From Gemmatimonadales bacterium (lineage in GTDB: Bacteria > Gemmatimonadota > Gemmatimonadetes > Gemmatimonadales > GWC2-71-9), in NCBI GenBank assembly GCA_038253515.1, contig JBBSHB010000004.1, positions 1 through 50,601 of the forward strand: DNA of 50,601 nt, written 5' to 3'. Below, one piece after another: positions 10,177 through 21,049 of this stretch; positions within the stretch are counted from its first letter, which is position 1, and each line of letters starts with the position of its first letter. The notes under the pieces were generated by a model that saw only the letters and a list, made by a program, of their open reading frames with translations, made no database searches and was not told where the DNA came from. The translations under genes were made by a program, and so were the position numbers.

Positions 10177-12369
10177 ATGGCCACCATCTCTGCACCCGCT
10201 CCCCGTCCGGAGGTCCAGCCCCACGAACCATTCGTTCCCGCCAGCCAATCGCCCGCGGAGCTCACACTCCGGGCGCTCGTGCTGGGTGGAATTCTCGGTG
10301 TCGTCTTCGCCGCCTCGAGCGTCTATCTCGCCCTCAAGATCGGGCTCACCGTGTCGGCCTCGATCCCCATCGCGGTGCTCTCGGTGGCCTTTTTCCGCAC
10401 GCTCGGCCGCTCGACCATCCTGGAGAACAACATCGTCCAGACTACCGGATCGGCCGGCGAGTCGATCGCGGCGGGCATCGTCTTCACGCTCCCGGCGATT
10501 CTGCTGATGGGCTACGACCTGACCGTCGGCAAGGTGGCGGTCATCGCGGTCGTCGGTGGGCTCCTCGGCATCCTCCTGATGATTCCGCTCCGGCGGGCGC
10601 TCATCGTGAAGGAGCATGGCCGGCTGACCTACCCCGAGGGCACGGCCTGCGCCGAGGTGCTCGAGGCCGGGGAGCGAGGCGGCCTCCAGGCGCGACGCCT
10701 GTTCCAGGCGTTCGGGCTCGCCTTTGCCTACAAGTTCCTGATGTCCGGGCTCAAGGTCTGGAAGGAATATCCCGGCTGGGTCTCCCGATTCTATACCGGG
10801 GCGTCGATCTCGGCCGAAGTCTCGCCCGAGCTGCTGGGCGTGGGCTATATCATCGGCCCCCGGATCGCGGGGAACCTCTTCGCCGGCGGCTGCATCGCGT
10901 ACCTGGTGCTCATTCCGGCGATCAAGCTGTTCGGCGCCGGGCTCACCAAGCCGATCTTCGCCGAGACCAAACTCATCAACGACATGAGCCCGGGTGAGGT
11001 TCGGGCAAACTTCGTGTTCTACATCGGCGCGGGCGCGGTGGCGACGGCCGGGATCGTCGCGCTGATCCGGGCACTTCCCACGATCCTCTCCGCGTTCCGC
11101 TCGGGCTTCCAGGATCTTCGCGGCAGCATGGGCGACGCGGTGGCGCGGGCTCGGACCGACCAGGACCTGCCGATCTGGGTGACCCTCGCGGGTGCGCTGG
11201 GGCTCGCGCTCCTGCTCACGGTCCTCCCGCAGCTCTCCGTCAACCTGCTGGGCGCCGTGCTGATCGTGATCTTCGGATTCTTCTTCGTGGTGGTGTCGGC
11301 GCGGATCACGGGTGAGATCGGCGTGAGTGCCAACCCGGTCTCCGGCATGACCATCGCGGCCCTCATCGGGACGACGGCGATCTTTCTCCTGATCGGCTGG
11401 ACCGGGGTGGACCATCGGGTGGGTGCCATCTCCATCGCCGGGGTCATCGCGGTTGCCGCGAGCAACGCGGGCGCCACCAGCCAGGACCTCAAGACCGGCT
11501 TCCTGGTCGGCGCCACGCCACGGCGGCAGCAGCTCGCCATCATGGTGGGGGCGGTGACCTCCGCGATGGCCATCGGCTGGACCCTCACCCTGCTCAACAA
11601 CACCTACACCAACATCGTGCCCGAGCGGCACGCGGGAGTGACCCTCCAGGCGTCCGCGCCGGGAGCGGCGGACCGCTCCATCACTACACTCGGCGAGCGG
11701 ATGACGCACGACGGGCGCCCCTGGGACGTGGTGCGGGTCAACCTGCCGATCCAGGGTGTGCTGCCGGGCAAGTACCTGGTCGAGCCGACCACGCGGGAGA
11801 TCGGCTATCTGGTCGACCCGGGAATCGGCGGGCGGATCCACGAGCTCAACGGCCGGCCGATCACCAAGCTGGACTCGCCCAAGGCGACGATCATGGCCCT
11901 GGTGACCGACGGGATCCTGACCCGGAAGCTTCCCTGGGGACTGGTGCTCATCGGCGTGTTTCTCACCTTCTCGATCGAGCTGATGGGCCTCCAGTCCCTG
12001 CCGATCGCGGTCGGCGTGTACCTCCCCATCTCCACCTCGTCCGCCATGTTCGCGGGAGGCGTGGTCCGCTGGCTGGTGGAGCGGCGGACCCGCGGCAGCG
12101 ACCGGTCGCTGGCCAAGGTCGAGTCCGGTCCCGGGGTCCTCTTCTCGAGTGGGCTCATCGCGGGCGGCGCGCTCGCCGGGGTGGCGATCGCGGGGATCGC
12201 CGCGGCGCTGGCCCGCCGGGCGGAGGTGGCGCAGGTGCCCGCGGCGGACTACCTGGCCAACATGGCGGGACTGCAGAATGCGCTCGGATCGGTCTCTCAG
12301 AACGATCTGGTGGCGTTGGTCCTCTTCGCCAGCCTGGCAGCGGTGCTCCACCGGGTCGCGAGTCGCTAA
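10177..12369 (+). CDS. OPT-family oligopeptide transporter
   Basis: YLALKIGLTVSASIP, ENNIVQT, YPEGTACAEVL, NPVSGMTI and QDLKTG motifs; many TM helices. Confidence 0.95.
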   Translation: MATISAPAPRPEVQPHEPFVPASQSPAELTLRALVLGGILGVVFAASSVYLALKIGLTVSASIPIAVLSVAFFRTLGRSTILENNIVQTTGSAGESIAAGIVFTLPAILLMGYDLTVGKVAVIAVVGGLLGILLMIPLRRALIVKEHGRLTYPEGTACAEVLEAGERGGLQARRLFQAFGLAFAYKFLMSGLKVWKEYPGWVSRFYTGASISAEVSPELLGVGYIIGPRIAGNLFAGGCIAYLVLIPAIKLFGAGLTKPIFAETKLINDMSPGEVRANFVFYIGAGAVATAGIVALIRALPTILSAFRSGFQDLRGSMGDAVARARTDQDLPIWVTLAGALGLALLLTVLPQLSVNLLGAVLIVIFGFFFVVVSARITGEIGVSANPVSGMTIAALIGTTAIFLLIGWTGVDHRVGAISIAGVIAVAASNAGATSQDLKTGFLVGATPRRQQLAIMVGAVTSAMAIGWTLTLLNNTYTNIVPERHAGVTLQASAPGAADRSITTLGERMTHDGRPWDVVRVNLPIQGVLPGKYLVEPTTREIGYLVDPGIGGRIHELNGRPITKLDSPKATIMALVTDGILTRKLPWGLVLIGVFLTFSIELMGLQSLPIAVGVYLPISTSSAMFAGGVVRWLVERRTRGSDRSLAKVESGPGVLFSSGLIAGGALAGVAIAGIAAALARRAEVAQVPAADYLANMAGLQNALGSVSQNDLVALVLFASLAAVLHRVASR

Positions 12370-12370
12370 G

Positions 12371-12790
12371 GTGGCGCGCACCGAGCCCGTGTCTCCCGCG
12401 ATCGGCGCCCGATTGATTCACGCGGCGCTGGTGTTCGGAGTGGCGTTGTTCTGGATGGTGGCCTGGTACGCGAAGGACGCCGTGCCAAGCGTGGAGCTCC
12501 CGGACCGGCGGGTGTTGTACATCTCGCTGGCAGTCGTCAGTGCGACCCTGTTCGGCGCCGCCGCCTTCACCGCCAACCGGCTGATACCACCCGGGCGGGG
12601 AACCTCGGCGGACGACTGGTGGCGCGTCAACCTGGGCCGTGCGGTACTCATCTGGGCGCTGGTCGAGGCGCCGGCCATGCTCGGCACGATCGCCTACCTG
12701 CTCACCCGGGACTTCCGCGCACTGCTCGCCCCGTTCATCGGCGTGCTGCTGTTCGCCAACTATCGACCCAGCCGACTGACCGTAAGCTGA
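12371..12790 (+). CDS. Hypothetical four-TM membrane protein
   Basis: GTG 1 nt after the OPT stop; hydrophobic segments; abuts the next gene. Confidence 0.75.
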   Translation: MARTEPVSPAIGARLIHAALVFGVALFWMVAWYAKDAVPSVELPDRRVLYISLAVVSATLFGAAAFTANRLIPPGRGTSADDWWRVNLGRAVLIWALVEAPAMLGTIAYLLTRDFRALLAPFIGVLLFANYRPSRLTVS

Positions 12791-13678
12791 ATGAGGATCA
12801 TGACCCTGTTGCCCGCCGCCACCGAGATCGTCGCGGCGCTGGGCGGCGCGGACCGGCTGGTAGGGATCTCGCACGAGTGCGACTTCCCGCCAACCCTTGG
12901 CGCGATCCCCCGCGTCACCACGACTCCGATCGATCCAGCCGCGCCCAGCGGCGCCATCGACGCCGAGGTCCGCGCCCTCCGTGAGACCGGCCGCCCGGTC
13001 ATCGCGGTCGACGCAGCCGTGCTCCGGCGGCTCGCGCCCGATCTCATCGTGACGCAGGACCTGTGTGAGGTCTGTGCCGTCGCGGGCGGGGAGGTCCACC
13101 GTCTGGCCTCCGCCATGCCGGCGGCGCCGACGGTGCTGTCGCTTTCCGGCCGGACGCTCGATGGGGTCTGGGAGGACATCCGGCGGGTGGCCCGCTCGCT
13201 GGGACTGGAGGGCGAAGGCGTGGCCCTCGTCGCCCGCCTCCAGGGCCGACTCGAGCGACTCCGGGCCAGTGCGCTGGCACATCGGCCCCGCGTGGTGTGC
13301 GTCGAATGGCTCGATCCGCCCTACCTCGCCGGCCACTGGATCCCCGATCTGGTGGAAGCCGCCGGGGGCGAGGATGTCGGCGCGCGGTCCGGCAGTCATT
13401 CGGTGCGCGCCTCCTGGTCGGAGATCGCGGGGCTGGTTCCCGACCTGGTGATCGTCATGCTCTGCGGCTTCGGCGTCGAGCGATCGCGCGTCGAGCTGGC
13501 GGCACTCCAAAGCACCGAGAGCGGGCGGCTTCTCGCCCGAGCACCGGTGTGGGTGGTGGACGCCAACGCGTACACCTCGCGCCCTGGACCGCGACTGGTG
13601 GACGGGGCGGAGCGGCTGCAATCCGCCATGCTGGGACGAGAGCTGCCCGGCCTGGTGAGATGGCAGCCCCTCGGGTGA
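12791..13678 (+). CDS. BtuF/TroA-like (cobalamin/Fe-siderophore) binding protein family
   Basis: [37 protein letters not shown] and SRPGPRL motifs. Confidence 0.85.
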   Translation: MRIMTLLPAATEIVAALGGADRLVGISHECDFPPTLGAIPRVTTTPIDPAAPSGAIDAEVRALRETGRPVIAVDAAVLRRLAPDLIVTQDLCEVCAVAGGEVHRLASAMPAAPTVLSLSGRTLDGVWEDIRRVARSLGLEGEGVALVARLQGRLERLRASALAHRPRVVCVEWLDPPYLAGHWIPDLVEAAGGEDVGARSGSHSVRASWSEIAGLVPDLVIVMLCGFGVERSRVELAALQSTESGRLLARAPVWVVDANAYTSRPGPRLVDGAERLQSAMLGRELPGLVRWQPLG

Positions 13679-14151
13679 CGCGGATCGTGCCGGCTCAGGA
13701 CCAGACCACCGAGGTGGCCCGCGAGCTCTTCCGGGAGTACGCCGCCTCACTGGGCTTCGACCTCGGGTTCCAGGGCTTCTCAGAGGAGGTCGCTACCCTG
13801 CCGGGCAGCTACGCCCCGCCCCTGGGCCGGCTGCTCCTGGCGTGGGACGGCGGGGAGGCGGCAGGATGCGTGGCTTTGCGCCCGCTCGAGCCGGGGATCT
13901 GTGAGATGAAACGACTCTACGTGAGGCCGGCCTACCGCAACGCTGGTCTCGGCCGTCGTCTGGCGGAGCGCATCGTTCAGGAGGCGAGAGATGCGGGCTA
14001 CGGCAAGATGCGGCTCGACACGCTCGCCACCATGGCCGGAGCGCGGGCGCTCTATCACGCATTGGGGTTCCGGCCCATCCCGCCCTACCGGCCCAACCCG
14101 ATCGACGGCGCGGTCTTTCTGGAGCTGACGCTGGGCGTCGACCAGGCCTAG
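13675..14151 (+). CDS. GNAT family N-acetyltransferase
   Basis: GTGA overlap with the upstream stop; [21 protein letters not shown] and LYHALGF motifs. Confidence 0.92.
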   Translation: MTRIVPAQDQTTEVARELFREYAASLGFDLGFQGFSEEVATLPGSYAPPLGRLLLAWDGGEAAGCVALRPLEPGICEMKRLYVRPAYRNAGLGRRLAERIVQEARDAGYGKMRLDTLATMAGARALYHALGFRPIPPYRPNPIDGAVFLELTLGVDQA

Positions 14152-14202
14152 ACATCGGGGGCCGCCGCCGCGACCTTTGGCGGTTCCCATCCCAGACGCC
14201 TG

Positions 14203-15276
14203 ATGAGACCCCAATCCCTTTCGTTTCTCAAGACCCTCCTGGACACTCCGGGTCCCTCGGCGTTCGAGGCAGCGCCCGCCAGGCTCTGGCGCACCGAGGC
14301 AGCCGGGTTCGCCGGCGAGGTGCAGGCCGACGTGAGCGGCAACTCCCTGGCGACGGTCAACCCGGCGGGCCGTCCTCGGGTGATGCTTGCGGGCCACATC
14401 GACGAGATCGGAGTGATGGTCACCTACATCGACGACGATGGTTTCGTCAGCTTCGACCCCATCGGCGGGTGGGACCCGCAAGTCTTCGTCGGGCAGCGGG
14501 TGCAACTGCTCGGCCGGGGCGGGGCGGTGATCGGTGTGGTCGGGAAGAAGGCCATCCACATCATGGACAAGGAGGATCGGGAAAAGGTCTCGAAGGTGGA
14601 GGATCTCTGGATCGACATCGGCGCGACCAGCCGGACGGAGGCGGAGCGTCACCTGCGGATCGGCGATCCTGGGGTGCTGGCCGCCGGGGTCATGGAGTTC
14701 CCCAACGACCGCCTGGTGAGCCGGTCGATCGACAATCGCATCGGCGCGTTCATCGTGCTGGAGGCGCTCCGGCTGCTCGCCGGGGACGGCGCCGGGCTCG
14801 CGGCGTCGGTGACCGCCGTGGCGACCTCCCGGGAGGAGATCGCAGCTCACGGCGGCGGCGCCCGGTCCTCGGCGGTGGCCCTGGAGCCCGACGTCGCGAT
14901 CGTCATCGACGTCACCCATGCCACCGATTATCCGGGGATCGAGAAGCGACGCCATGGAGACTACCGGCTGGGAGGCGGTCCGGTGCTCTCTCGCGGGGCA
15001 TCGGTGAGCGAGGTGGTGTTCGAGCTCCTGGCCGCCGCGGCGGAGGCGGAGAAGATCCCCTATACTATCGAAGCCGCCTCACGAGACACCCATACCGACG
15101 CGGAAGCGATCTTCAACGCCCACCGGGGAGTGGCCACCGCGCTCGTCTCGGTGCCCAATCGATACATGCACAGTCCCAACGAGATGATCGCCCTGGAGGA
15201 CCTCGATCGGACCGCCCGTCTCCTCGCGGGCTTCGCTCGGCGGCTCCGGCCCGACACCGACTTCGTACCGCGTTAG
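14203..15276 (+). CDS. M42 family (TET-like) aminopeptidase
   Basis: GHIDEIG, IDNRIG, REEI, IDVTHA and RYMHSP metal-ligand motifs. Confidence 0.93.
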   Translation: MRPQSLSFLKTLLDTPGPSAFEAAPARLWRTEAAGFAGEVQADVSGNSLATVNPAGRPRVMLAGHIDEIGVMVTYIDDDGFVSFDPIGGWDPQVFVGQRVQLLGRGGAVIGVVGKKAIHIMDKEDREKVSKVEDLWIDIGATSRTEAERHLRIGDPGVLAAGVMEFPNDRLVSRSIDNRIGAFIVLEALRLLAGDGAGLAASVTAVATSREEIAAHGGGARSSAVALEPDVAIVIDVTHATDYPGIEKRRHGDYRLGGGPVLSRGASVSEVVFELLAAAAEAEKIPYTIEAASRDTHTDAEAIFNAHRGVATALVSVPNRYMHSPNEMIALEDLDRTARLLAGFARRLRPDTDFVPR

Positions 15277-15297
15277 GGAGTGGTATTCTTCGGTGGT

Positions 15298-16605
15298 ATG
15301 CTGAGACTTCCGCCCCTACTTCCGCGCGTTCTCCTGCTACTCGCCCTTCCCGCCGTCCGGCTCGAGGCCCAGTTCGGCGTGCCGACGTACCCGCAGCAGC
15401 GGGTCACCCCGCCACCGCTTCAGGCGATCGACGACATCAAGTACCTGAGCGATGACCGTCTGGCCGGGCGAATGACGGGCACGCCCGGGGCCGACTCGGC
15501 CGCGGCCTACCTGGCGCGCCGGTTTGCCCAGGTGGGACTGCAGCCGGCGGCCGGGGGCTGGTTCCAGACCTTCACGGTGGCCAAGGCGGCCCCGGTGGCG
15601 CAGCAGGCCCACGTCGGTGGACTCCGGGGGAACAACGTCATCGGAGTCCTGCCCGGCCGGGATCCGGTGCTCCGGAACGAGGCCATCATCGTGGGGGCCC
15701 ACTACGACCACCTCGGGCTCGGGGGGTTCGGCAGCCTGGATCCGGACAGCACCGGGCAGGTACACAATGGGGCGGACGACAACGCTTCGGGCGCAGCGAT
15801 GCTGATCCAGATCGCGGCTCGACTGGCCGTGGCGCCGCCGGCCCGGACGGTGGTATTCATCGGGTTCAGCGGTGAGGAGCTGGGTCTCCTGGGATCCTCC
15901 TACTACGTGAAGCAGCCGGTCTATCCCCTCTCCACCACCCGGGCGATGATCAACCTCGACATGGTCGGCCGGCTGCGGCAGAGTAAGCTCATCGTCTACG
16001 GCAGCCGGACCGCCAAGGAGTTTCCCGCGTTGCTCGACTCCCTCAACTGGTACGCCGGCTTCGATCTCAAGGCCCAGGGCGACGGCTATGGCCCGAGCGA
16101 CCAGTCGTCGTTTTACGCGGCCGGTCTGCCGGTGCTGCACCTGTTTACCGACCTGCACGAGGACTATCATCGCTCGACCGACGATTGGGAGAAGATCAAC
16201 CTGGACGGCTTCAAGCGGGTGAGCGACTTCGCCGCCGGCCTGGTGACCGCACTGGCCAACCGACCGCGTCCGCTCACCGTCGTGACCACCGTGCCGCCGG
16301 CCGAGGCGGACACCGCCAGGATGTCGGGATCGGGTCAGGGAGCATACCTCGGCACGGTGCCGGACATGATCGACAGCCCGGGAGGCGTGCGTCTGGTGGG
16401 GGTGCGCGTCGGCAGTCCGGCAGAACGCGCCGGACTCCGCGGCGATGACGTCATCACCAGGATCGGCACCATGGACGTGCCCAATCTCGCGGCCATGGCG
16501 GCGGCGCTCCGCAGTCACCAGCCGGGCGACGTGGTGGAGATCGTCGTGCGCCGCGGGAGCCGGGTCACGACCCTGCGGGCCACGCTTGGCATCCGGGGGG
16601 GTTGA
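15298..16605 (+). CDS. Secreted M28 peptidase with C-terminal PDZ domain
   Basis: Signal peptide; GAHYDHLG, GADDNASG, GEELG, NLDMVG, SDQ and YH motifs; PDZ-like YLGTVPD...GSPAERAGLRGDDVI. Confidence 0.92.
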   Translation: MLRLPPLLPRVLLLLALPAVRLEAQFGVPTYPQQRVTPPPLQAIDDIKYLSDDRLAGRMTGTPGADSAAAYLARRFAQVGLQPAAGGWFQTFTVAKAAPVAQQAHVGGLRGNNVIGVLPGRDPVLRNEAIIVGAHYDHLGLGGFGSLDPDSTGQVHNGADDNASGAAMLIQIAARLAVAPPARTVVFIGFSGEELGLLGSSYYVKQPVYPLSTTRAMINLDMVGRLRQSKLIVYGSRTAKEFPALLDSLNWYAGFDLKAQGDGYGPSDQSSFYAAGLPVLHLFTDLHEDYHRSTDDWEKINLDGFKRVSDFAAGLVTALANRPRPLTVVTTVPPAEADTARMSGSGQGAYLGTVPDMIDSPGGVRLVGVRVGSPAERAGLRGDDVITRIGTMDVPNLAAMAAALRSHQPGDVVEIVVRRGSRVTTLRATLGIRGG

Positions 16606-16608
16606 GCC

Positions 16609-17064
16609 ATGGCTGCACTGGACGCGGACAAGGTGATCGCCTCGTTGCGCGGCGGGTTCGCCCGCGAGATCGGACGAGCGGAGCTGCTGCGGATCGCGGC
16701 CGAGCGGATCCGCGCGGCGGGCGCGCCCTACACCTCGGTGTACCTCTACATGCTGCACGGCGAGGAGCTGGTGCTCGAAGCCCATGCCGGCCGGGAGACG
16801 GAGCACACCCGAATCGCGGTCGGCGAGGGCGTCTGCGGCACCGCCGTGGCCACCGGTCATGATCAGAACGTCGCCGACGTGCGCGCCGTCTCCAACTACA
16901 TCGCCTGCAACGCGTGGACCCGGTCCGAGCTGGTCGTCCTGATCCGGCGCGGCAACACCATTCTGGGGCAGATCGACATCGACAGCGACGTGCCCGATCC
17001 GTTCACGCCCGACGAGGAGGCGTCCGTCCGTCGGGTGGCCGACGCGCTGGCGGTCCTGCTGTAA
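16609..17064 (+). CDS. GAF-domain protein (free Met-R-sulfoxide reductase-like)
   Basis: GEGVCGTA, NYIAC, RSELVV and QIDIDSD motifs. Confidence 0.88.
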   Translation: MAALDADKVIASLRGGFAREIGRAELLRIAAERIRAAGAPYTSVYLYMLHGEELVLEAHAGRETEHTRIAVGEGVCGTAVATGHDQNVADVRAVSNYIACNAWTRSELVVLIRRGNTILGQIDIDSDVPDPFTPDEEASVRRVADALAVLL

Positions 17065-17874
17065 TTGTCCGCGCCGGTCGAGCTGTTCGTCCGCCGGATC
17101 GGGACCGGCCCACCGACCGTCGTGCTCCACGGCGGGCCCGGCGCCCACCACGATTATCTCCTTCCGGGGTTCGACGCGCTAGCCCGCGGGCGCGAGCTCA
17201 TCTACTACGATCAGCGAGGCGGGGGACGCTCGCCGGTGCCGCGCGACGTGCCGGTGGGCTGGACCGAGCACGTCGCGGATCTGGAAATGCTGCGGGAGCG
17301 GTGGGGCCTCCCCCAGCTCACCATCGCGGGCTACTCCTGGGGCGGACTGCTGGCGCTCCTCTACGCGCTCGAGCATGCCGCTCGGGTGGCCCGCCTCGCG
17401 CTGGTCTCTCCGGCGCCGACCTGGCGCGCCGCCCGGGAGCAGTTCGAGCAGAGTTTCGCCCACCGCAGCCGTGATCCGGAGTTCCAGGAGGCGCGCCGGC
17501 GGCTTCGCGAGAGCGGCCTCCGGGAGCAGGACCCGGCTGCCTACCAGCAACGCATCTTCGAGCTGTCGGTAGCGCCGTATTTCTTCGATCCCGACCGGGC
17601 GCGCGAGCTCACACCGTTCCGAGTCACCGGCCGCACCCAGCAGGAGGTCTGGGCCAGCCTGGGCGACTACGACCTCCGGCCCCGTCTGGAAACGCTGCGG
17701 GGGATTCCGTCGCTGGTCCTCCATGGCGAGAACGACCCGATTCCGATCGCCGCGGCACGGGTGACGGCCGACTTGATCGGGGCGGAGTTTCAGGCCCTGC
17801 CGCACTGTGGTCACGTACCGTATGTGGAGGCGTTCGATAGCTTTGTCGCGGCGCTCGACGGCTTTCTTCCCTGA
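17065..17874 (+). CDS. Alpha/beta hydrolase (proline iminopeptidase-like)
   Basis: HGGPG, YDQRGGGRS, nucleophile GYSWGG and C-terminal CGH. Confidence 0.9.
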   Translation: MSAPVELFVRRIGTGPPTVVLHGGPGAHHDYLLPGFDALARGRELIYYDQRGGGRSPVPRDVPVGWTEHVADLEMLRERWGLPQLTIAGYSWGGLLALLYALEHAARVARLALVSPAPTWRAAREQFEQSFAHRSRDPEFQEARRRLRESGLREQDPAAYQQRIFELSVAPYFFDPDRARELTPFRVTGRTQQEVWASLGDYDLRPRLETLRGIPSLVLHGENDPIPIAAARVTADLIGAEFQALPHCGHVPYVEAFDSFVAALDGFLP

Positions 17875-17913
17875 TCGCCGGGAGCGCCCGCGCCGGGGGG
17901 TTACCTTTCCAGC

Positions 17914-18582
17914 ATGCCGCGCCTCACTCCCTTCGACCTGGTCTTCAGTCAGATCGCCGAGCGCGTCCTTCCGGAGATCAGGGCCTCGATCGAGCGGGCC
18001 GGATACGACCCCACCGATCGCGACGCGGTTCTCATGATTCCCGAGGTCGTCACCCTGCTCCGCGAGCTCCGACCCGAGGAGGGGATCGGCGAGGGGATGG
18101 ACCAGCTGGTGGCGCTGGTGCACCATGCCTACCTCCTCTGGGAGGCCGGCGGATTGATCCTGCCGATCCCGGAGGACCGCCTCGAGGAGCTGCTCGGCGT
18201 CTCGTCCGTCACGCCCGACCCCGCCGAGCCGCCGCGGGCGTTCTATGCCCAGCTTCCCCAGCACCGGGTCTGGGCCGAGGTGTTGGAGGGCGAGTCGCAC
18301 GAGCCGCTCGACGGGTGTTTCGTCCACGCGACGCCTGGCGGTGGCCTCCGGGTCCTCGGCATCTTCGGAGTACGCCCGGAGCGGCTGGGCTTCAGCGTGG
18401 TCGAGGCCCAAGGACCTCGGGCCCGCGACCTTCACCGCCCGGACGGGACCCTCCTGTTCTCGCCGGTCCTGCCGGGCGGCGCCGCGGCGGGTCTCCATTC
18501 CATCGCTGGCGGCGAGGAGCTGCTCGACCTCGGCTGGCGTACTCGCACGGTGGCCACCGAACTCATCGCCCAGGCGCGCTAG
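17914..18582 (+). CDS. Hypothetical protein
   Basis: 222-aa ORF with GC3-biased codons, 3 nt before polX. Confidence 0.8.
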   Translation: MPRLTPFDLVFSQIAERVLPEIRASIERAGYDPTDRDAVLMIPEVVTLLRELRPEEGIGEGMDQLVALVHHAYLLWEAGGLILPIPEDRLEELLGVSSVTPDPAEPPRAFYAQLPQHRVWAEVLEGESHEPLDGCFVHATPGGGLRVLGIFGVRPERLGFSVVEAQGPRARDLHRPDGTLLFSPVLPGGAAAGLHSIAGGEELLDLGWRTRTVATELIAQAR

Positions 18583-18585
18583 CCG

Positions 18586-20331
18586 ATGGAGAGCGTCAAG
18601 AGCTTCATGGACAAGAAGGCAGTCGCCCACGTCCTGGAGCAGATTGCCGCCTTTCTCGAGCTCAAGGGCGAAAACCCATTCCGGATCCGCGCCTTCCGTA
18701 CCGCCGCCCGGGCGGTCGGGAGCTCCCCCGAAGATCTGCGCGAGGCCCTGGAAGACGGATCGCTCGCCGCCGCCAAGGGCGTCGGTCCGGCGACGCTCCA
18801 GATCGTCGCCGAACTGGTCAACACCGGTCGAGCGGGCATGCTGGAGGATCTGCGGGAGCAGATCCCTCCGGGCCTGGTCGAGATGCTCGCCATTTCCGGT
18901 CTTGGCGTCGCCAAGATCCGTCAGATCCACGAGGTGCTCGACGTGGACTCCTTGCCCGAGCTGGAGGCCGCGGCCCTGGACGGGCGATTGGCCAGACTGC
19001 CTCGCTTCGGGCCGAAAACCTCGGAAAACATCCTCAAGGGAATCGCCTACCTGCGCCAAGCGAGCGCCTTCCGACTCTCGCACCACGCGGCCGAAGAGGC
19101 GGAGGGACTGCGGGCGGCGCTGGAGCGGCTTCCGGGCGTGCTCTCGGCGGTGGTGGCCGGCGACGTCCGACGGCGGGCGGAAGTGGTCAAGGACCTGGTG
19201 GTGGTGCTGGTGGCCGCGGTGGCCCCCGGCGAGCTGTTCAAGCGGCTGAACCAGCTACCCGGGATCCATGAGTTCGCCGGGCAGGACGATCGCCGGCTGA
19301 CCCTCCGTTTCGCCGGCGGGGCGAGCGCCCAGATCGTGGTGACGACGCCGGTGAACGCGGGGGCCGTGCTGGTCCAGGCCACCGGCAGCGAGGCCCACCT
19401 GCGCCAACTCGCCGACTACGCCGCGGGGCGTGGCTTCGCCCTGACCGGCGCCGCTCTCTGGCGGGGCAGCGAGTTCGTGCCGACGCCGGATGAGCGGCAC
19501 TTCTACCAGTCTCTGGAACTGAGCCTCATCCCGCCCGAGCTCCGCGAAGGCCAGGGCGAGATCGATGCCGCGGCCGGCGGGCGTCTTCCGCGGTTGATCG
19601 AGCTGGCGGACATGCAGGGCTTCCTGCACTGCCACACCACTTATTCGGACGGGTCCAACTCGGTGGAGCAGGTGGCGCTCGCCTGCCGAGCCGCGGGATA
19701 TAGCTGGGTCGGCATCACCGACCACAGCCAGGCAGCGGCGTACGCGGGCGGGCTCAAACCGGACGACCTGGCACGGCAATCCGACGAGATCGATGAGGTC
19801 AACGGGAGGCTCGACGGGATCCGGGTGCTGAAAGGCGTGGAAGCCGACATCCTGCAGGACGGGCGGATCGACTTCGACGAGAGCATCCTCGCCCGGCTGG
19901 ACTTCGTGATCGCCTCGGTCCACAGCCGGTTCAACATGAACGAGCCGGAGATGACGGCGCGGATGCTCGCGGCCATGGACAACCCGTTCCTGACGATCAT
20001 CGGCCATCCCACCGGCCGGCTGCTGCTCTCCCGCGACCCCTACGGCCTGGACCTCGATGCCGTGATCGAGAAGGCAGCGGCCACCGGGGTCGCGCTCGAG
20101 ATCAACGCCGATCCCCACCGTCTCGATCTGGATTGGCGCGTCCTGCGTCGGATCCGCGACCACGGGGTGCCGGTCTCGATCGGGGCCGACGCCCACAGTC
20201 TCGCCGGGATCAAGAACGTGGAGTTCGGCGTGGCCGTGGCCCGGAAGGGCTGGCTGGGACCGGACGACGTCCTGAACGCCCGTCCAGTGGAGGCATTCCT
20301 GGCGCAGGTCGCACAGAGGAAGGGGCGGTGA
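18586..20331 (+). CDS. polX: PolX-family DNA polymerase/PHP 3'-5' exonuclease with non-canonical polymerase site
   Basis: [10 protein letters not shown], HhH motifs, PPELRE; PHP motifs [19 protein letters not shown] and DAH. Alternative ATG at 18607. Confidence 0.93.
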   Translation: MESVKSFMDKKAVAHVLEQIAAFLELKGENPFRIRAFRTAARAVGSSPEDLREALEDGSLAAAKGVGPATLQIVAELVNTGRAGMLEDLREQIPPGLVEMLAISGLGVAKIRQIHEVLDVDSLPELEAAALDGRLARLPRFGPKTSENILKGIAYLRQASAFRLSHHAAEEAEGLRAALERLPGVLSAVVAGDVRRRAEVVKDLVVVLVAAVAPGELFKRLNQLPGIHEFAGQDDRRLTLRFAGGASAQIVVTTPVNAGAVLVQATGSEAHLRQLADYAAGRGFALTGAALWRGSEFVPTPDERHFYQSLELSLIPPELREGQGEIDAAAGGRLPRLIELADMQGFLHCHTTYSDGSNSVEQVALACRAAGYSWVGITDHSQAAAYAGGLKPDDLARQSDEIDEVNGRLDGIRVLKGVEADILQDGRIDFDESILARLDFVIASVHSRFNMNEPEMTARMLAAMDNPFLTIIGHPTGRLLLSRDPYGLDLDAVIEKAAATGVALEINADPHRLDLDWRVLRRIRDHGVPVSIGADAHSLAGIKNVEFGVAVARKGWLGPDDVLNARPVEAFLAQVAQRKGR

Positions 20332-21020
20332 AGCGGGTCCCCGCCCGATCCGGGCCGGGGCTCAAGCGAAAGCCTGGGCGGCGCCCCCGCGGCGCTGCCG
20401 CCCGCGCGGCGGAGATCATCCAGCGCCTGCAGCGGGTCTATCCGGACGCGACCTGCGCTCTCCGCCATCGCAACGCCTTCGAGCTCCTCTCAGCGACGAT
20501 CCTCTCCGCTCAGTGCACCGACGTGCGAGTGAACCTGGTCTCGCCGGGCCTGTTCGCCCGGTATCCGACGCCGGAGGCACTGGCGCGGGCGTCTCAGGCG
20601 GACGTCGAGGAGATCATCAAGTCCACCGGCTTCTTCCGGAACAAGGCGAAGAGCCTCATCGGCATGGCCCAGGCGATCGTGGCCGACCATGACGGGCAGG
20701 TGCCGCGCACGATGGAGGAGCTCCGGACCCTGCCGGGCGTGGGCCGGAAGACCGCGAACGTGATCCTTGGGAACGCCTATGGCATCAACGAGGGAATCAC
20801 GGTCGATACCCACGTTACTCGCTTGAGTCAGCTCCTCGGACTCACCCAGCAGGCAGACCCGGTCAACATCGAGCAGGACCTGACGGGGCTGTTCCCGCGG
20901 GAGACGTGGGCCCTGATCTCCCACCTGCTGATATTTCACGGCCGGCAGGTCTGTATCGCGCGCCGTCCCCGTTGTGGCGAGTGCGTGCTGGCCGATCTCT
21001 GCCCGTCGAGTCTGGTCTGA
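20328..21020 (+). CDS. nth: Endonuclease III
   Basis: [24 protein letters not shown] and the C-x6-C-x2-C-x5-C Fe-S motif; GTGA overlap with polX. Confidence 0.95.
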   Translation: MKRVPARSGPGLKRKPGRRPRGAAARAAEIIQRLQRVYPDATCALRHRNAFELLSATILSAQCTDVRVNLVSPGLFARYPTPEALARASQADVEEIIKSTGFFRNKAKSLIGMAQAIVADHDGQVPRTMEELRTLPGVGRKTANVILGNAYGINEGITVDTHVTRLSQLLGLTQQADPVNIEQDLTGLFPRETWALISHLLIFHGRQVCIARRPRCGECVLADLCPSSLV

Positions 21021-21049
21021 GATCCGCCGGGGGGCTGCGCACCCGCTGC

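Noticed and set aside
12640-12700. ATP synthase subunit c-like motif WALVEAPAMLG
   Set aside because: Short resemblance only; no atp operon context or Gly-rich first helix.
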